DNA of 64,000 nucleotides, taken from NCBI GenBank assembly GCA_963693365.1, contig CAVNZM010000011.1, positions 8,235,937 to 8,299,936 of the forward strand. Direction: 5' to 3'. Source of the stretch: Amoebidium appalachense. Lineage: Eukaryota > Protista > Ichthyosporea. The position numbers and the translations under genes are program-made. This document shows positions 50,924-62,289 of this stretch, piece after piece (positions within the stretch are counted from its first letter, which is position 1; every line of letters starts with the position of its first letter). The notes under the pieces were generated by a model, which was not told the DNA's origin, made no database searches, and saw only the letters and a list, made by a program, of their open reading frames with translations.

Positions 50924-52838
50924 GCCTGGGGGGATGGATAATCAGGATGCGAGCGAATATTATATTCGCCTGGGGGGATGGATAATCAGGATGCAAGCGA
51001 ATATTATATTCGCTTGGGGGGTTGGATAATCAGGATCCGAGCGAATATTATATTCGCTTGGGGGTTGTATAATATGGATCCGAGCATTTTTTTTTTTTTT
51101 TTTTTTTTTTAATATTCACCTGGGGGTTGGATACTCAGGATCCGAGCGAATATTATATTCGCTTGGGGGTTGGATAATCAGGATCCGTGCATTTTTTTTT
51201 ATTTTTTTTTTTATTCGCCTGGGGGGTTGGATAATCAGGATCCGAGCGAAACGGTGAAAAACAAAATACTTAACTAGAGAAAACAACCGTTTACGGGCCT
51301 CAGGAGGCCCTGCCAACTTGCTAGACTAAGGACACATTCTGCTCAGGAGCAGTGCCAGCGACTGAGAGGCCTACGAATCTGCGGGCTAGCGGTTTATATA
51401 CACGCAGGATATGGCTCACAACATCAGATTGGCTACAGGGGAATGTAAAGACCAAATATGGCTACACTTAAACAGGACCAATTATTGCACTTACATTTAC
51501 GTACAGAGAACTGATTGGCTAAGCCATACCTAGAGACTAACCAATCGGAATGCAAAGTAGCTGGCAGTTTTGCTCGAATTCCACATGTCACTTAGTCGTC
51601 GTGGCTGCGGCCGTTCCTCAAAGAAAACCCGTTTAAAAACGAACCATTCGCTTGGGGGTTGGATAATCAGGATCCGAGCGAATATTATTATATTCGCTTG
51701 GGGGTTGGATAATCAGGATCCGAGCATTTTTTTTTTTTTTTTTTTTTTTTATATATTCGCCTGGGGGGATGGATAATCAGGATGCGAGCAAATATTATAT
51801 TCGATTAAGGCTTGGATACTCAGGATGCGAGCGAATATTATATTCGCATGGGGAATGGATTATCAGGATGCGAGCGAATATTATATTCGCCTGGGGGCAT
51901 GGATAATCAGGATGCGAGCGAATATTTTATTCGCTTGGGGCGTATAAGTGAATATAATATTCGCTCGGATTGATTGTTTGGATAATCAGGATCCGAGCGA
52001 ATATAATATTCGCTTCGGGGGTTGGATAATCAGGATGCGAGCGAATATTATATTCGCCTGGGGGGATGGATAATCAGGATGCGAGCGAATATTATATTCG
52101 CCTGGGGGGATGGATAATCAGGATGCGAGCGAATGTTATATTCGCTTGGGGCGTATAAGCGAATATAATATTCGCTCAGATTGATTGTTTATTTGATCCG
52201 AGCGAATATAATATTCGCTTGGGGGGTTGGATAATCAGGATGCGAGCGAATATTATATTCGCCTGGGGGGATGGATAATCAGGATGCGAGCGAATATTAT
52301 ATTCGCCTGGGGGGTTGGATAATCAGGATGCGAGCGAATATTATATTCGGTTTGGGGCGTATAAGCGAATATAATATTCGCTCGGATTGATTGTTTGGAT
52401 AATCAGGATGCGAGCGAATATAATATTTGCTTGGGGGGTTGGATAATCAGGATGCGAGCGAATATTATATTCGCCTGGGGGGATGGATAATCAGGATGCG
52501 AGAGAATATTATATTCGCCTGGGGGGATGGATAATCAGGATGCGAGCGAATATTATATTCGCTTGGGGCGTATAAGCGAATATAATATTCGCTCGGATCG
52601 ATTGTTGGGATAATCAGGATCCAAGCGAATATAATATTCGCTTGGGGGGTTGGATAATCAAGATGCGAGCAAATATTATATTCGCTCGCATCCTGATTAC
52701 AACCCCCAAGCGAATATAATATTCGCTCGTATAAGCGAATATAATATTCGCTCGGATCGATTGGTTGGATAATCAGGATCCGAGCGAATATTATATTCGC
52801 TTGGGGGCTTTGATATTCCGGATAATATAATATTCGCA
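47936..52838. repeat. 44-bp hairpin-unit tandem array with microsatellite-expanded loops
   Basis: Unit GGRTGGATAATCAGGATSCGAGCGAATATTATATTCGCYTGGGG containing the inverted repeat GCGAATA-TTA-TATTCGC; ~1.32-kb higher-order duplication (48132 vs 49452). Confidence 0.97.
51251..51645 (-). mobile_element. 395-bp promoter-like insertion in the array (possible solo terminal repeat of a YR retroelement)
   Basis: Interrupts a hairpin (GAGCGAA|...|ATTCGC) with no TSD; several ATTGG/CCAAT boxes and TATATAAA on the minus strand. Confidence 0.45.
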
Positions 52839-52880
52839 TTGTAACTAAGCGTATTCATTTTTATTTATTTTTTTTTGCAG

Positions 52881-53171
52881 ATGGCGTCCCACCTTCCCAC
52901 GGTCTATTTTTGATATTTCCTTCGGTGATATCAAGCGCCTTTCCAAGATTGTTGAGCCAAGGTGTCTGTCCCAGCGCGGCCCAACGGATATCGACCCCAT
53001 TGTGTTTGACAAGGAAGCCAAAGCGAAGGCTTCCCTGGATAAGTAGATTGTGTTCAAAGGTTGCCAGGGCCAGTGGGCACCGTTGTCGAGTTTCCGTTTT
53101 GGGGGATGGAACAGTGGGGTCTTGGTCCGTCCCGTCCACTCAGGCAAGAAGATGGAGTCCGTCGTCAATGG
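52881..53171 (+). pseudogene. Internal exon of an unidentified gene, one in-frame stop
   Basis: T-rich TTGCAG acceptor and GTAAGT donor; 291 nt, phase 2/2: WRPTFPRSIFDISFGDIKRLSKIVEPRC...LDK*IVFKGCQGQW...MESVVN. Confidence 0.5.
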
Positions 53172-53694
53172 GTAAGTTCAAAGTGTGTTGCTATGTGAGT
53201 TTTCCACGATTGAATACTTAAACGTATGCACCATTGATTAACGATTTGTTTGCTTGAATTGTTGGTTCGTTAGTGTTTCTTGTACGTATGATGTACTATG
53301 GACTTTAAAATTGTATCTGTTTAGTCTGTGAATGAGACCCAGAATTATTGGAGCAGCTATCCCGCTTTAACCGCGCTGTCCAGGTGGTTCCCTCCTGAAC
53401 AGCGTACAGTGCATACACACACGATACAATAACAAGTCTGGGTGTGGTTTATTTTGACACATTGAAGTGTGTGTGCAGTGCACACACACACGATACAATA
53501 ACATGATTGGACATAGTCTATACATTGTCAAAGAGTATGATAATGTCGTGCTTGGATGCGCTTACACTGATGTATGTATGTGTGTGTGTGTGGAATGACA
53601 CACACACACCATAAAATACAGCGTAAAACTTACATTTGCAACCTTACCACCCATGTACCCCCTCCCTGTTTCCCGGGGGGGGGGGGGGGGGGGG

Positions 53695-55377
53695 CACAGC
53701 AAAAAAAAAAAGTGCGAATCCGGCTCCCGATGATCCCCGATCACGAATTAAGCCAGCTATTCTGATTGGTAGACTGTAATGAGGTCTAAATATATTCCCG
53801 ATTTCGTCCGGAATTCTTCCGGACTACGCAAATTTGACCCGGCCCGAATCAATGTGATGCCATGTGCGGCCTAACGGTCACACCAAACAAGAAAAAGACT
53901 TGCAAGTATCGGTCAAGTGCAACCACTCGCGCGCATTTAGTAGCAAAGATTCCGAGACAGCAGCTGGTCGTCAAAGACAACCGTTGGCAAGCCTTTTTTG
54001 GTGTAAAGAAATAGGCGACTCTAAACTCGCTTGCACGCATTCGCTTTTGTCTTGTGTTTGGTGAGATTGTTGCGGCTCCATCTACAACTTGCATACACAG
54101 CAGTGGACCGTGGCCCAAGACTGCGTAGAATAGTAATAGTTGGTGTTTTTAAGCATATTGTTTTTGGGCAGGCAGGAGTTTGAGTCTGGAAAAACGGAGC
54201 TATGCGCCACTAGGCAAGGTGAGTTTTTTTTTAGAAACTCATCTTCACGAACCCTCTGACTTACATACTAGGCTTTTATCTTGTGAGGTCACACGGCAAG
54301 AAGGATACAACCTAAATTTGTAAGCGCTTCTGCGCTTGCCTTGGTCGAACTTGGGCGTCCACGTCCAGCCGTGCATAGGCATCTGTATATCCTCGAGCCT
54401 TTGTTGCTCTGTTATTAGTTTATGCTTCTTGCAATCTATGCTGCATCAGTATTACAGAGAAGGCCACGTTGTGTTGCCTCCTTTTTGGCCTTATATAACA
54501 CCGTACCCCTAGTAGGTTCTGAAAGTCTCTTCCCCATCGCAGGTCCTTGAACCTGCTACTGTGACTTTGCCAAGTTCGGGTTTTGTGAGCGGCTCTAACA
54601 GGCTCTAACAGGTAAGCCAGGGTGAAGTATAGGGGCAAGCCTGAGGTGGATGTTGTGTAGTTGATGTATCGCTCCACACCTACTGGTACTCAAATTAACT
54701 TGAAGAGTCGAAACACAGCCCATTATCTGTGTTAGAATAAGGGTTAATACACGTGCACATAGGTGTGCAGGTGAACGGTTTGCTAACCTAGCTATATACT
54801 TCTATGGCTCCCCACGACTACTTAGCTATAGCCTCTTCATGCTTGCAACCTGCCAGTGGTGTTGCTCATACTAGGGTTCTGTGTGCCAAACCCTTCTGTC
54901 TGCTTTTGTATATATTGTGAATGCTTTCTACCCAGCTGAATAGCCGTTGTTGGGCTGTTCCAGGCTCCAGGCATCACACCTTGCATCACACTGTGGGTGA
55001 TGACGAAGAACATGACTTGACACCACACTGTGTGTGGTACGAGTAACAAAGTAAAGGCGCGAGCTAGTCACGGTGACTGTACTTCAGCTTTCTTGCGGTT
55101 GTCTTCTTTTGTACTTAACTTTGGGTTAAGTCAGTATCGAAAGGGCAGGAAGGAGGTATAGGGCAGGTCGGGAAGGAATCGGGGTGTCCCGGTCACGGGC
55201 ATGATAGGGATTTTTTTTGCGAATCAGGGTGTGATCGGTATCAAACAATCGGGGTGTAATCAAGCTAATTTCATCCCGATCACGTCGCTAATTACGAATC
55301 GGGTTTCCCGATTTTGCCCCGATTCTCATATGGTGATCAGGGTTTAATCGGGACACAGATTCGCATCTTTTTTCGCT

Positions 55378-55380
<3 letters not shown>
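53695..55380. mobile_element. Non-autonomous CACTA/EnSpm-like element, ~1.7 kb, inserted in a G-run
   Basis: Left CACAGCAAAAAAAAAAGTGCGAATCCGGCTCCCGAT is an imperfect inverted match to right ATCGGGACACAGATTCGCATCTTTTTTCGCTGGG; subterminal CCCGAT/ATCGGG repeats. Confidence 0.6.
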
Positions 55381-55412
<32 letters not shown>

Positions 55413-55837
55413 AATTTTGCCATCTAGGCCAGACCGTGCAGGTCCGTGCACACGCTGTGTTTCTCCAACCACATATACACACCCTGACCCCCCTGCACCC
55501 CTGCACTCCCTCCCTGTTTCCGGGATAGTAGGGGGGGGGGGGGGGAAAGGTTACGACAATGATTTTTTATTACCCCCCCCCCCCCCCCCCCCCCCCCGCG
55601 CCCACACTGTATTTCTCCCACCACGTCATACAAACCCTCTGACCCCCCTGTCACCCAGGGTAGTAGGGGGGGGAGGGGGGGGGGTGCATTTTGGCCTGCC
55701 CGATATTCCCCCTAGACCAGTCAAATTTGACGACCTGGATTTTAATTAGAGATGACGACACTTTGGCCTGGACGACACTTTGGCCTGCAACAGGGGGGGG
55801 GGGGGGGGAGGGGGTGGGGGGGGGGGGTAAAACTAAC

Positions 55838-55886
55838 CTGCCTGTTGTGGAAAGGAGTGCACACGTCCAGAATGTTTCGCCGCCAT
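55838..55886 (-). CDS. Putative first coding exon (MAAKHSGRVHSFPQQA) just outside the TIR element
   Basis: AAAAATGGCG start context and CAG|GTTAGT donor; phase 1. Confidence 0.35.
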
Positions 55887-56093
55887 TTTTAATCAAGGAA
55901 CATTGAAGGTAGCACGGTTCGAATTGAATGCAGAAGTAGAGTGTTAAAGAAAGGGTGTCAAAAAAAACACACCACTTCTTGTATATAACTGACAAACGAC
56001 ATGAACTTCGAGAACAACAGGAGTGGACTTATGACAAAGGAAACGTAGTTCTCCCCGGCAGATGACCTGGTCGTAAAGGAAATAATGACTCTA

Positions 56094-56721
56094 TGTTACA
56101 ACCTCTGTTGCAATGACAAAGTTGACAGAGCGGCGCACGCAGTTTGACTACGGTAGCGTGCGCGAAACTTAGACTCCTTGCGTGCTTGCTCTTGGTCACG
56201 CACATTCACCTGCACTAATCGTGGCCGACTGGCACGTGTCAGTTCAAGCATCAAAGGATGTGTGCCTCGATCGCATTCCTGGGTGCGGCCCAAACCAATC
56301 AAGTGCTAGCCCGCAGGTGCGTGCGGTTCAGCCCAAAAATCCGAGGCTCACGATCCACGATTCCCCGCGGATCGGACCCGAAATATCGGTGCAGTGTAGG
56401 ACCGCACGCCGCATGGGCAACATTCCTGCCGGAGCAAAACACATTCCACAAAAAATCGGTGAAAATCGTCCATCGCCTGGCCCTACCAGTTCATAATGTA
56501 ACCCGGTCGTCACTCGTAGGTACCTACTTTCCTATAGCGGGACTGGCAGTGGAATGTAGCTAGCCAATCACGCTACCTCTCAGATTAACAGAGGAGAGCA
56601 AACACAAATAAAATACAATAAGTTCTATCAGGCAAGAGAGCCAGGTGTGCACAGATCTACAGATATCTGTGCACACAGAAACAAGGGAGAGACAGAGATA
56701 CCGGGGGGGGGGGGGGGGGGG

Positions 56722-56809
<88 letters not shown>

Positions 56810-56934
56810 AAAGAGAAAAGGGAGAGAGGGGGGAGAGCACAAAAAAAAAGGAGAGCAGACACGAATACAAACAAAGCTAAGACACATATATACTTCAAGA
56901 CTCTTGCTGTCCTACGTAGTAACGTATTGCAACA
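56094..56934. mobile_element. Putative solo LTR
   Basis: TGTTACAA...TTGCAACA termini, CCAAT boxes, AATAAA and (GA)n. The Copia 2 protease remnant starts immediately after. No TSD. Confidence 0.5.
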
Positions 56935-58401
56935 GGGACACCGGCTGCAATGCCCACGTCTGCCCCAACAAGGAGTATTTCTCCACCCTCATCCCGTGTT
57001 CCCCCATCCCCATTCAAGGCCTGGGCACCGTTCATGCCACACACCGTGGCATCATCAACATGACCAGGCCTGCAGTACAACGGCAACTCAACCAAGTGTA
57101 GCATCAACGCCCTCTACGTACCCGAGTCACCGTCCTTCCTCGTGTCTGCCGCCATGGCCTCATCTGCGGCCAGCCTCCTTGGTCATTGTGACCATGCAGA
57201 CACCCATCCGTCGTTCCTCTACAGCCGTAACGGTGACATTATTTCTGACCTCACCGCCATCAACGGGCTCTACTACATCACTGACTACGTGATTGACTCC
57301 CCTCAACATCCGTGGGTCCAAGCCTACACAGCAAGGACTCAACAGAGTGACGACCCTACCCTTTGGCACCACCGTCTTGGGCACCTAGCCATGTCCACCG
57401 TCACCAGAATGGCCAAAGATGAGCTTGTCATCAGCATGCCCCCCTCGCTCAAGTCCACCGACCACACTGACCGCTTCGGCTGCATGTCTGGCAAGGCCAC
57501 CAAGGCTCCGTTCCCCGGCACCCGTTCCCGTTTCACCATCCCCGGCGGCAAGTGGCACCTGGACTTCTTCGAGGCCCCCTGTGTTTCCTACGGCGGCTAC
57601 AAGGTTGCTCTCGTGTGTGTTTGTGATGCCACCGGTTACACCATCGTGCTCCCCCTCTACAATCGGACCGAAAACCCTCAGCTACATCCAGTCTCTGAGA
57701 CAGTCGAACGTCAGACTCCTGAGATTGTCACCCATCTTCGTTTTGACTCCGGCTCCGAATTCATATCAAGGGAAAACGAGGCCTACTGCAAGCAGATTCT
57801 GAAAGCATCATCATGGAGTTTGCCCCCATCGACACACCCCAGCAAAACGGTGTAGTTGAACGGAAGATGAGAGACCTCCAGGAGACGGTCCGTGGCTTCC
57901 TACACGCCGACAAGGAACAACCTCTCTCCTCCAAGCTGTGGGTTGCTGCCCTCAAGCATGCTGGCTACATCATCAACATCACCCCGTCAACTGCTGCCAA
58001 CGGTAAGACTTCCTACGAGGCCTTCCACGGCTTCAAACCCGACGTGTCCCAGCTCCACGTGTTCGGCTCCCCTGCCTATGTACACGTGCCCCGTTCCAAG
58101 AGGAACAAGCTTGCATCAACCGTCAGACTGGCCCGGGGCACCTAAGTCGGGTGGGATATGCATTCGAAAGCACACAAGATCCTCGACCATGCCAACAACA
58201 AGGTCAAGATGATCTGCCGTGACGTGATCTTTGGCGAATCAAAATTCACGAGCAGCACCAATCAAGTCCCCGATCCCCCAAACCCGATCTGCCGACAATG
58301 GACCCCCCCTCCGACGACGATGATGAAATTCCGTCCGTGGTCATCAACCACCCGTCCTGGCACCACCGACGAGCCCCAATCGACCCCGTTGCTTCCCCCA
58401 G

Positions 58402-58449
<48 letters not shown>

Positions 58450-60135
58450 GGCCCAACCGGCCAACAACCTTTGCTGCCGGACCCCCCCGTTGCTGAGCAT
58501 CAACCTGGCTACATGACTCCGATTCGTCCTGGGTCCCCAACCTTCCACTCGGCCTCGAGCAGCCCTGTGGACACTGATGCCCCCCTCAACACAGGTCCCA
58601 TTCCTGGGTTCCATGCCCCTGTGCCGGCCAACAACAGCAAGCCCCCGGCCACCACCCCCATCAAGGACCCCCCCAAGCCGAACCTTCGTCGGTCTGCACG
58701 TCTCACCAAGCCATCCACGGCACTGGTCAGCATCACAGCACCAACGATCAACATTGACCAACTCCCCAAGGGCATACAAAAGCTTTGCAACGGCCCCAAC
58801 AGTGATGCCGTCATAGCTGCCCTCACCTCCGAGTACCAAGCCTTCATCACCAAGGATGTCTTCGACGTTATTGATTCCTCCCCCCGATGCTAACATCATC
58901 AAGTTCAAGTGGATTGTGACTGAGAAAGTCCTCAACTCCGGTGACACCAAGATCAAGGGTCGTGGTGTTGCAAAGGGCTTCACTCAAGTCTACCGTGTTG
59001 ACTACAGTGACACCTCTTCCCCCGTGTGATGTCCTCCTCCGTTCGTGCCCTCCTTGCCATCGGTGTGGACCGCAACCATGAGAGTCAATCAACTCTAACG
59101 TCTCTGTTCAGATCCATGTGTCTACGTCAAGTCCTTCCCCAACGGTGACATCATCTACACTGGCAACTATCATGTGGACGACGTCATCATCATCTGCACG
59201 GCCCACTCCTCCCACACCAAGGACCTCGTAGACCACATCATGAAGTCAGCTCTCTGCAAGGTCGACCGCGAGTCCTCCCCGACATCTTCCTCGGCACCCA
59301 GCTCATCCACACCCCCGGAAGCTGCTTCAACAGTTCTACATCAACGACATCGTCAAGGACTTCAACCTCGTCGATGCCAACCCCAAGGCCACTCCCATCC
59401 CCGTCGGCACCGTCATCACCATTGACGAGAACATCGACTCACTACTCAACAAGGTTCCCTACCGTGAACTCCTCGACCGTCTTTTGTGGGTTGCTCGTTG
59501 TTCCCGGCCCGACATCTCCTTTGCCATCGGCTACCTCGGCAGATTCAGTGCCAACCCCACCAAACTTGCATGGGAATGTCTGCTCCGTGTGGTTCGGTAC
59601 CTCAACGGCACATCCAACCTCGGCCTCCACTACGACAAGTCTACATCCGACGACAACACCCCCTTGCTGGAGTGTTATTCTAATGCTGACTTTGCTGGCT
59701 GCCCCACCACCCGTCGTTCCACTACCGGCTACGTCATCCTCTTCAAGGGCATCCCCATCACGTGGTATTTAAAGCTACAGTCCATCACGGCAACGTCCAC
59801 CACCAAGGCCGAACTTCTGGCCATCAATGCTGCCGTTCAAGACGTCATCTGGCACCGTGATCTCCTCCGTGAACTCGGCTACCCGATGACTGACCCCACC
59901 TCCGTCTATTGTGACAATCTGTCCACCATTGCCCTCCTGCACACCAACAGCATCAAGCACCGGACCAAACACATGGCCGTCCGGTACCACAACACGAAGG
60001 ACTACATCAAGAGTGGGGATGTGGTCGTCACCTACGTGTCCACCAACTGAAGGACAACGTGGCCGACATCTTCACCAAGGCCCTACCTGGGCCCTCCCTC
60101 GAGCAGCACCGTGGCTCCCTCAGTCTTCGTGACTG
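56935..60135 (+). pseudogene. Copia pol remnant (PR-IN-RT-RH), many frameshifts and an RT deletion near 59100
   Basis: Collinear with 27075-30371. Confidence 0.88.
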
Positions 60136-61673
60136 AGTGTGCCCCTTCCCCCCTCCATTCATCTACAGTGGTCTTCAAGTAGGTTGGGGCCCTGGCCAGT
60201 GGTCTACACATCATCGTGTAGAGACACCTCCCAAGTTGAACGTCTACTGCTGTCTCCCTCGATCGTCAAGTGTGTGCATCATTTCAGTAAGGAATTCTTT
60301 CTCCACCATCCAACGTTTATTAATATCCCTGGGCCACCATATATACTGGTTTTCTTCTAGATTCGACTTATGTATATGTCGAACTGGGATGGCGTCCCAG
60401 TATAAATAAATATTTATAGCCATGGCGAGCTGGTTGACTGCCAGTCTAAACCTCGTCCACGGGACGAACCTTCTCCGTGTCTTAACTGGTTGACCACCAG
60501 TCTATAAATCAGTCCACAAGATTATGCCTTGTGTTTATCTGGGTGGTCCCCAGTATAAAACATTAGCCACCAACACGTCACACATACACTAGTGTTTTTT
60601 TTTATATATATATCGTCGTTGGCTACCGTCACTACCGTCATGTTCCGAGTCTTCCGAGGCACCCGTCGTTGTGTGCTTCTTCCGTTTTGGTTTTCTTCCC
60701 CGGCCTGCCACTTCAAGTCTTCCCCAATTGTCTTCCCGAGTGGGGAAACTTGAGTGTGACGTCACGACATCTGCTTCTACAAGTGTGAGAGTGTTAACGT
60801 CAACAGTCACATCAACAAACTTCATGAGAACCCAACTTCCAACCCTTGAGTGGGGATGTCATCTACACATGGATATAACGGCAAGAACTTCAAGTTAGAA
60901 GTTGAGTTATACATGTGTTTATTAGTTTGTTGTTGTTTGTTTCCTTTTCCCTTTTTCTTTTCTTTCTTTCCCGTTTCCGTGTGCACAGATCGTTGATCTG
61001 TGTACACACCGAGCCACTTGGCCCACGTACATGTAATATTGTTTGCGTCTTTACTAAATTCACATGGTGCGTTCGTGTCCGATAGTTGTCCAATCAGATC
61101 TCGTTTAATTTCCCCAAATATAGAAACCTACATTCCTCCTTTATTCCACTCGATTCCTTTCCCATATCCTCATTCCTTTTCCTTCTTTTCCCACGACGTA
61201 GAATTGCTCTATGTTCCCCAGCTATTAGGAATACTTATATTTAGACGTGTTTATATTAGGAACATGTATAAATATATGATGTGAACTAATAGATATATAA
61301 GTGGTTTCATTTATTTAGCTTTAGTAAATGTTTCCGTGCTTTCATTAGAGGATTACGATTTATCTTCTATGTGGCGACAGGTATTTCAATTTATTTGCCA
61401 CCTCATAGTGTTCGTCCTTTTGATTGGCTTAGCAGATTTATTTGCCTTCTTAGTCACGGTTCTTTTGATTGGCTTAGCATTTGTCGGCTCCACATCTCTG
61501 CGTATAAAAAGGACTTCATCTTGAATTAAATATCAAGCAGTTGAAAAAATTTCAAGTCGTCTCAGAAACCGTTCCACCTCTCCCGTTGTGTTTTTCCTGT
61601 GTGTCTATGTGTTTTGAATATCATAACACCCATCTGTGCACTCTGCTTCTCCGTTTACCCACACAAAATAACA
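56935..61673 (+). mobile_element. 5'-truncated, decayed Copia related to Copia 1, with 3' LTR 60857-61673
   Basis: PR DTGC, LWHHRLGH, WHLDFF, FDSGSEF, NGVVERK, deleted RT, RH ADFAGC/CDN/KHRTKHM; PPT GAGTGGGGA then TGTC...AATAACA. Confidence 0.88.
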
Positions 61674-61725
61674 CTGCAGGCGCAGGGCAGGACCCCGTCA
61701 GCTGGAGCAGCCGACCAATAGGATT

Positions 61726-61831
61726 TGTAATAGTGTATAGGATAGATTTTAGGAGGACTTAGGAATGTAATAAGTTCGGGCAGAAGCCCTGGTAAATATT
61801 GGCAAGTTCTGATAGTGTAATCTGCCAAACG

Positions 61832-61889
<58 letters not shown>

Positions 61890-62289
61890 ATGTACAGGAA
61901 GGAGTAGAAGGGGGGGGGGGGGGGGGAGATAGTATGAAATATAGACTTAGATTCCGCGATGCCACTAGGGGGAGGGAGAGGGGAGAAACAAGATATGTGT
62001 ATTATTAGAGTGAGCCAATAGACTTAGCTCGTGCAGGCGCACGATAGAATTCATTAGATCGGAATGCATGGAATGTGGCATTGTGGGGGGGCGGGTGGTA
62101 ATGACTGAGGGCACGGCCTTGATGGCCGCAGTTGTGACTTAGCTTGGTTCCGTTTGGATCTCAGGTTGCCCGTTGGAGCCCTGCCTAATAATAAACTTTA
62201 CAGTTTTTTCGTACACGTTCGTTCCTTTCCGTGTGTGTACACTTAGAAGAGTGCCGCGTCTCTTAATACATACACGTTAGGATACGACA
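61726..62289 (+). mobile_element. Putative solo LTR
   Basis: TG...CA bounded, CCAAT, AATAAA at ~62190, T-rich U5-like end; abuts the truncated YR ORF. No TSD found. Confidence 0.35.

Larger units (their letters stand above)
45448..55792. mobile_element. 10.3-kb DNA transposon with ~240-bp TIRs (MULE/foldback-like) carrying cargo
   Basis: 45448-45688 is the reverse complement of 55547-55792 (TGTTGCAGGCCAAAGTGTCGTCCAGGCCAAAGTGTCGTCATC...). TSD obscured by G-runs. Superfamily inferred only from the long TIRs. Confidence 0.8.

Noticed and set aside
47936-52838. CRISPR array interpretation
   Set aside because: Eukaryotic context, no cas genes, and the spacers are low-complexity A/T microsatellites or absent.
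47936-52839. Repetitive [14 protein letters not shown] ORFs
   Set aside because: They are translations of the 44-bp unit (not a multiple of 3) with frequent stops.
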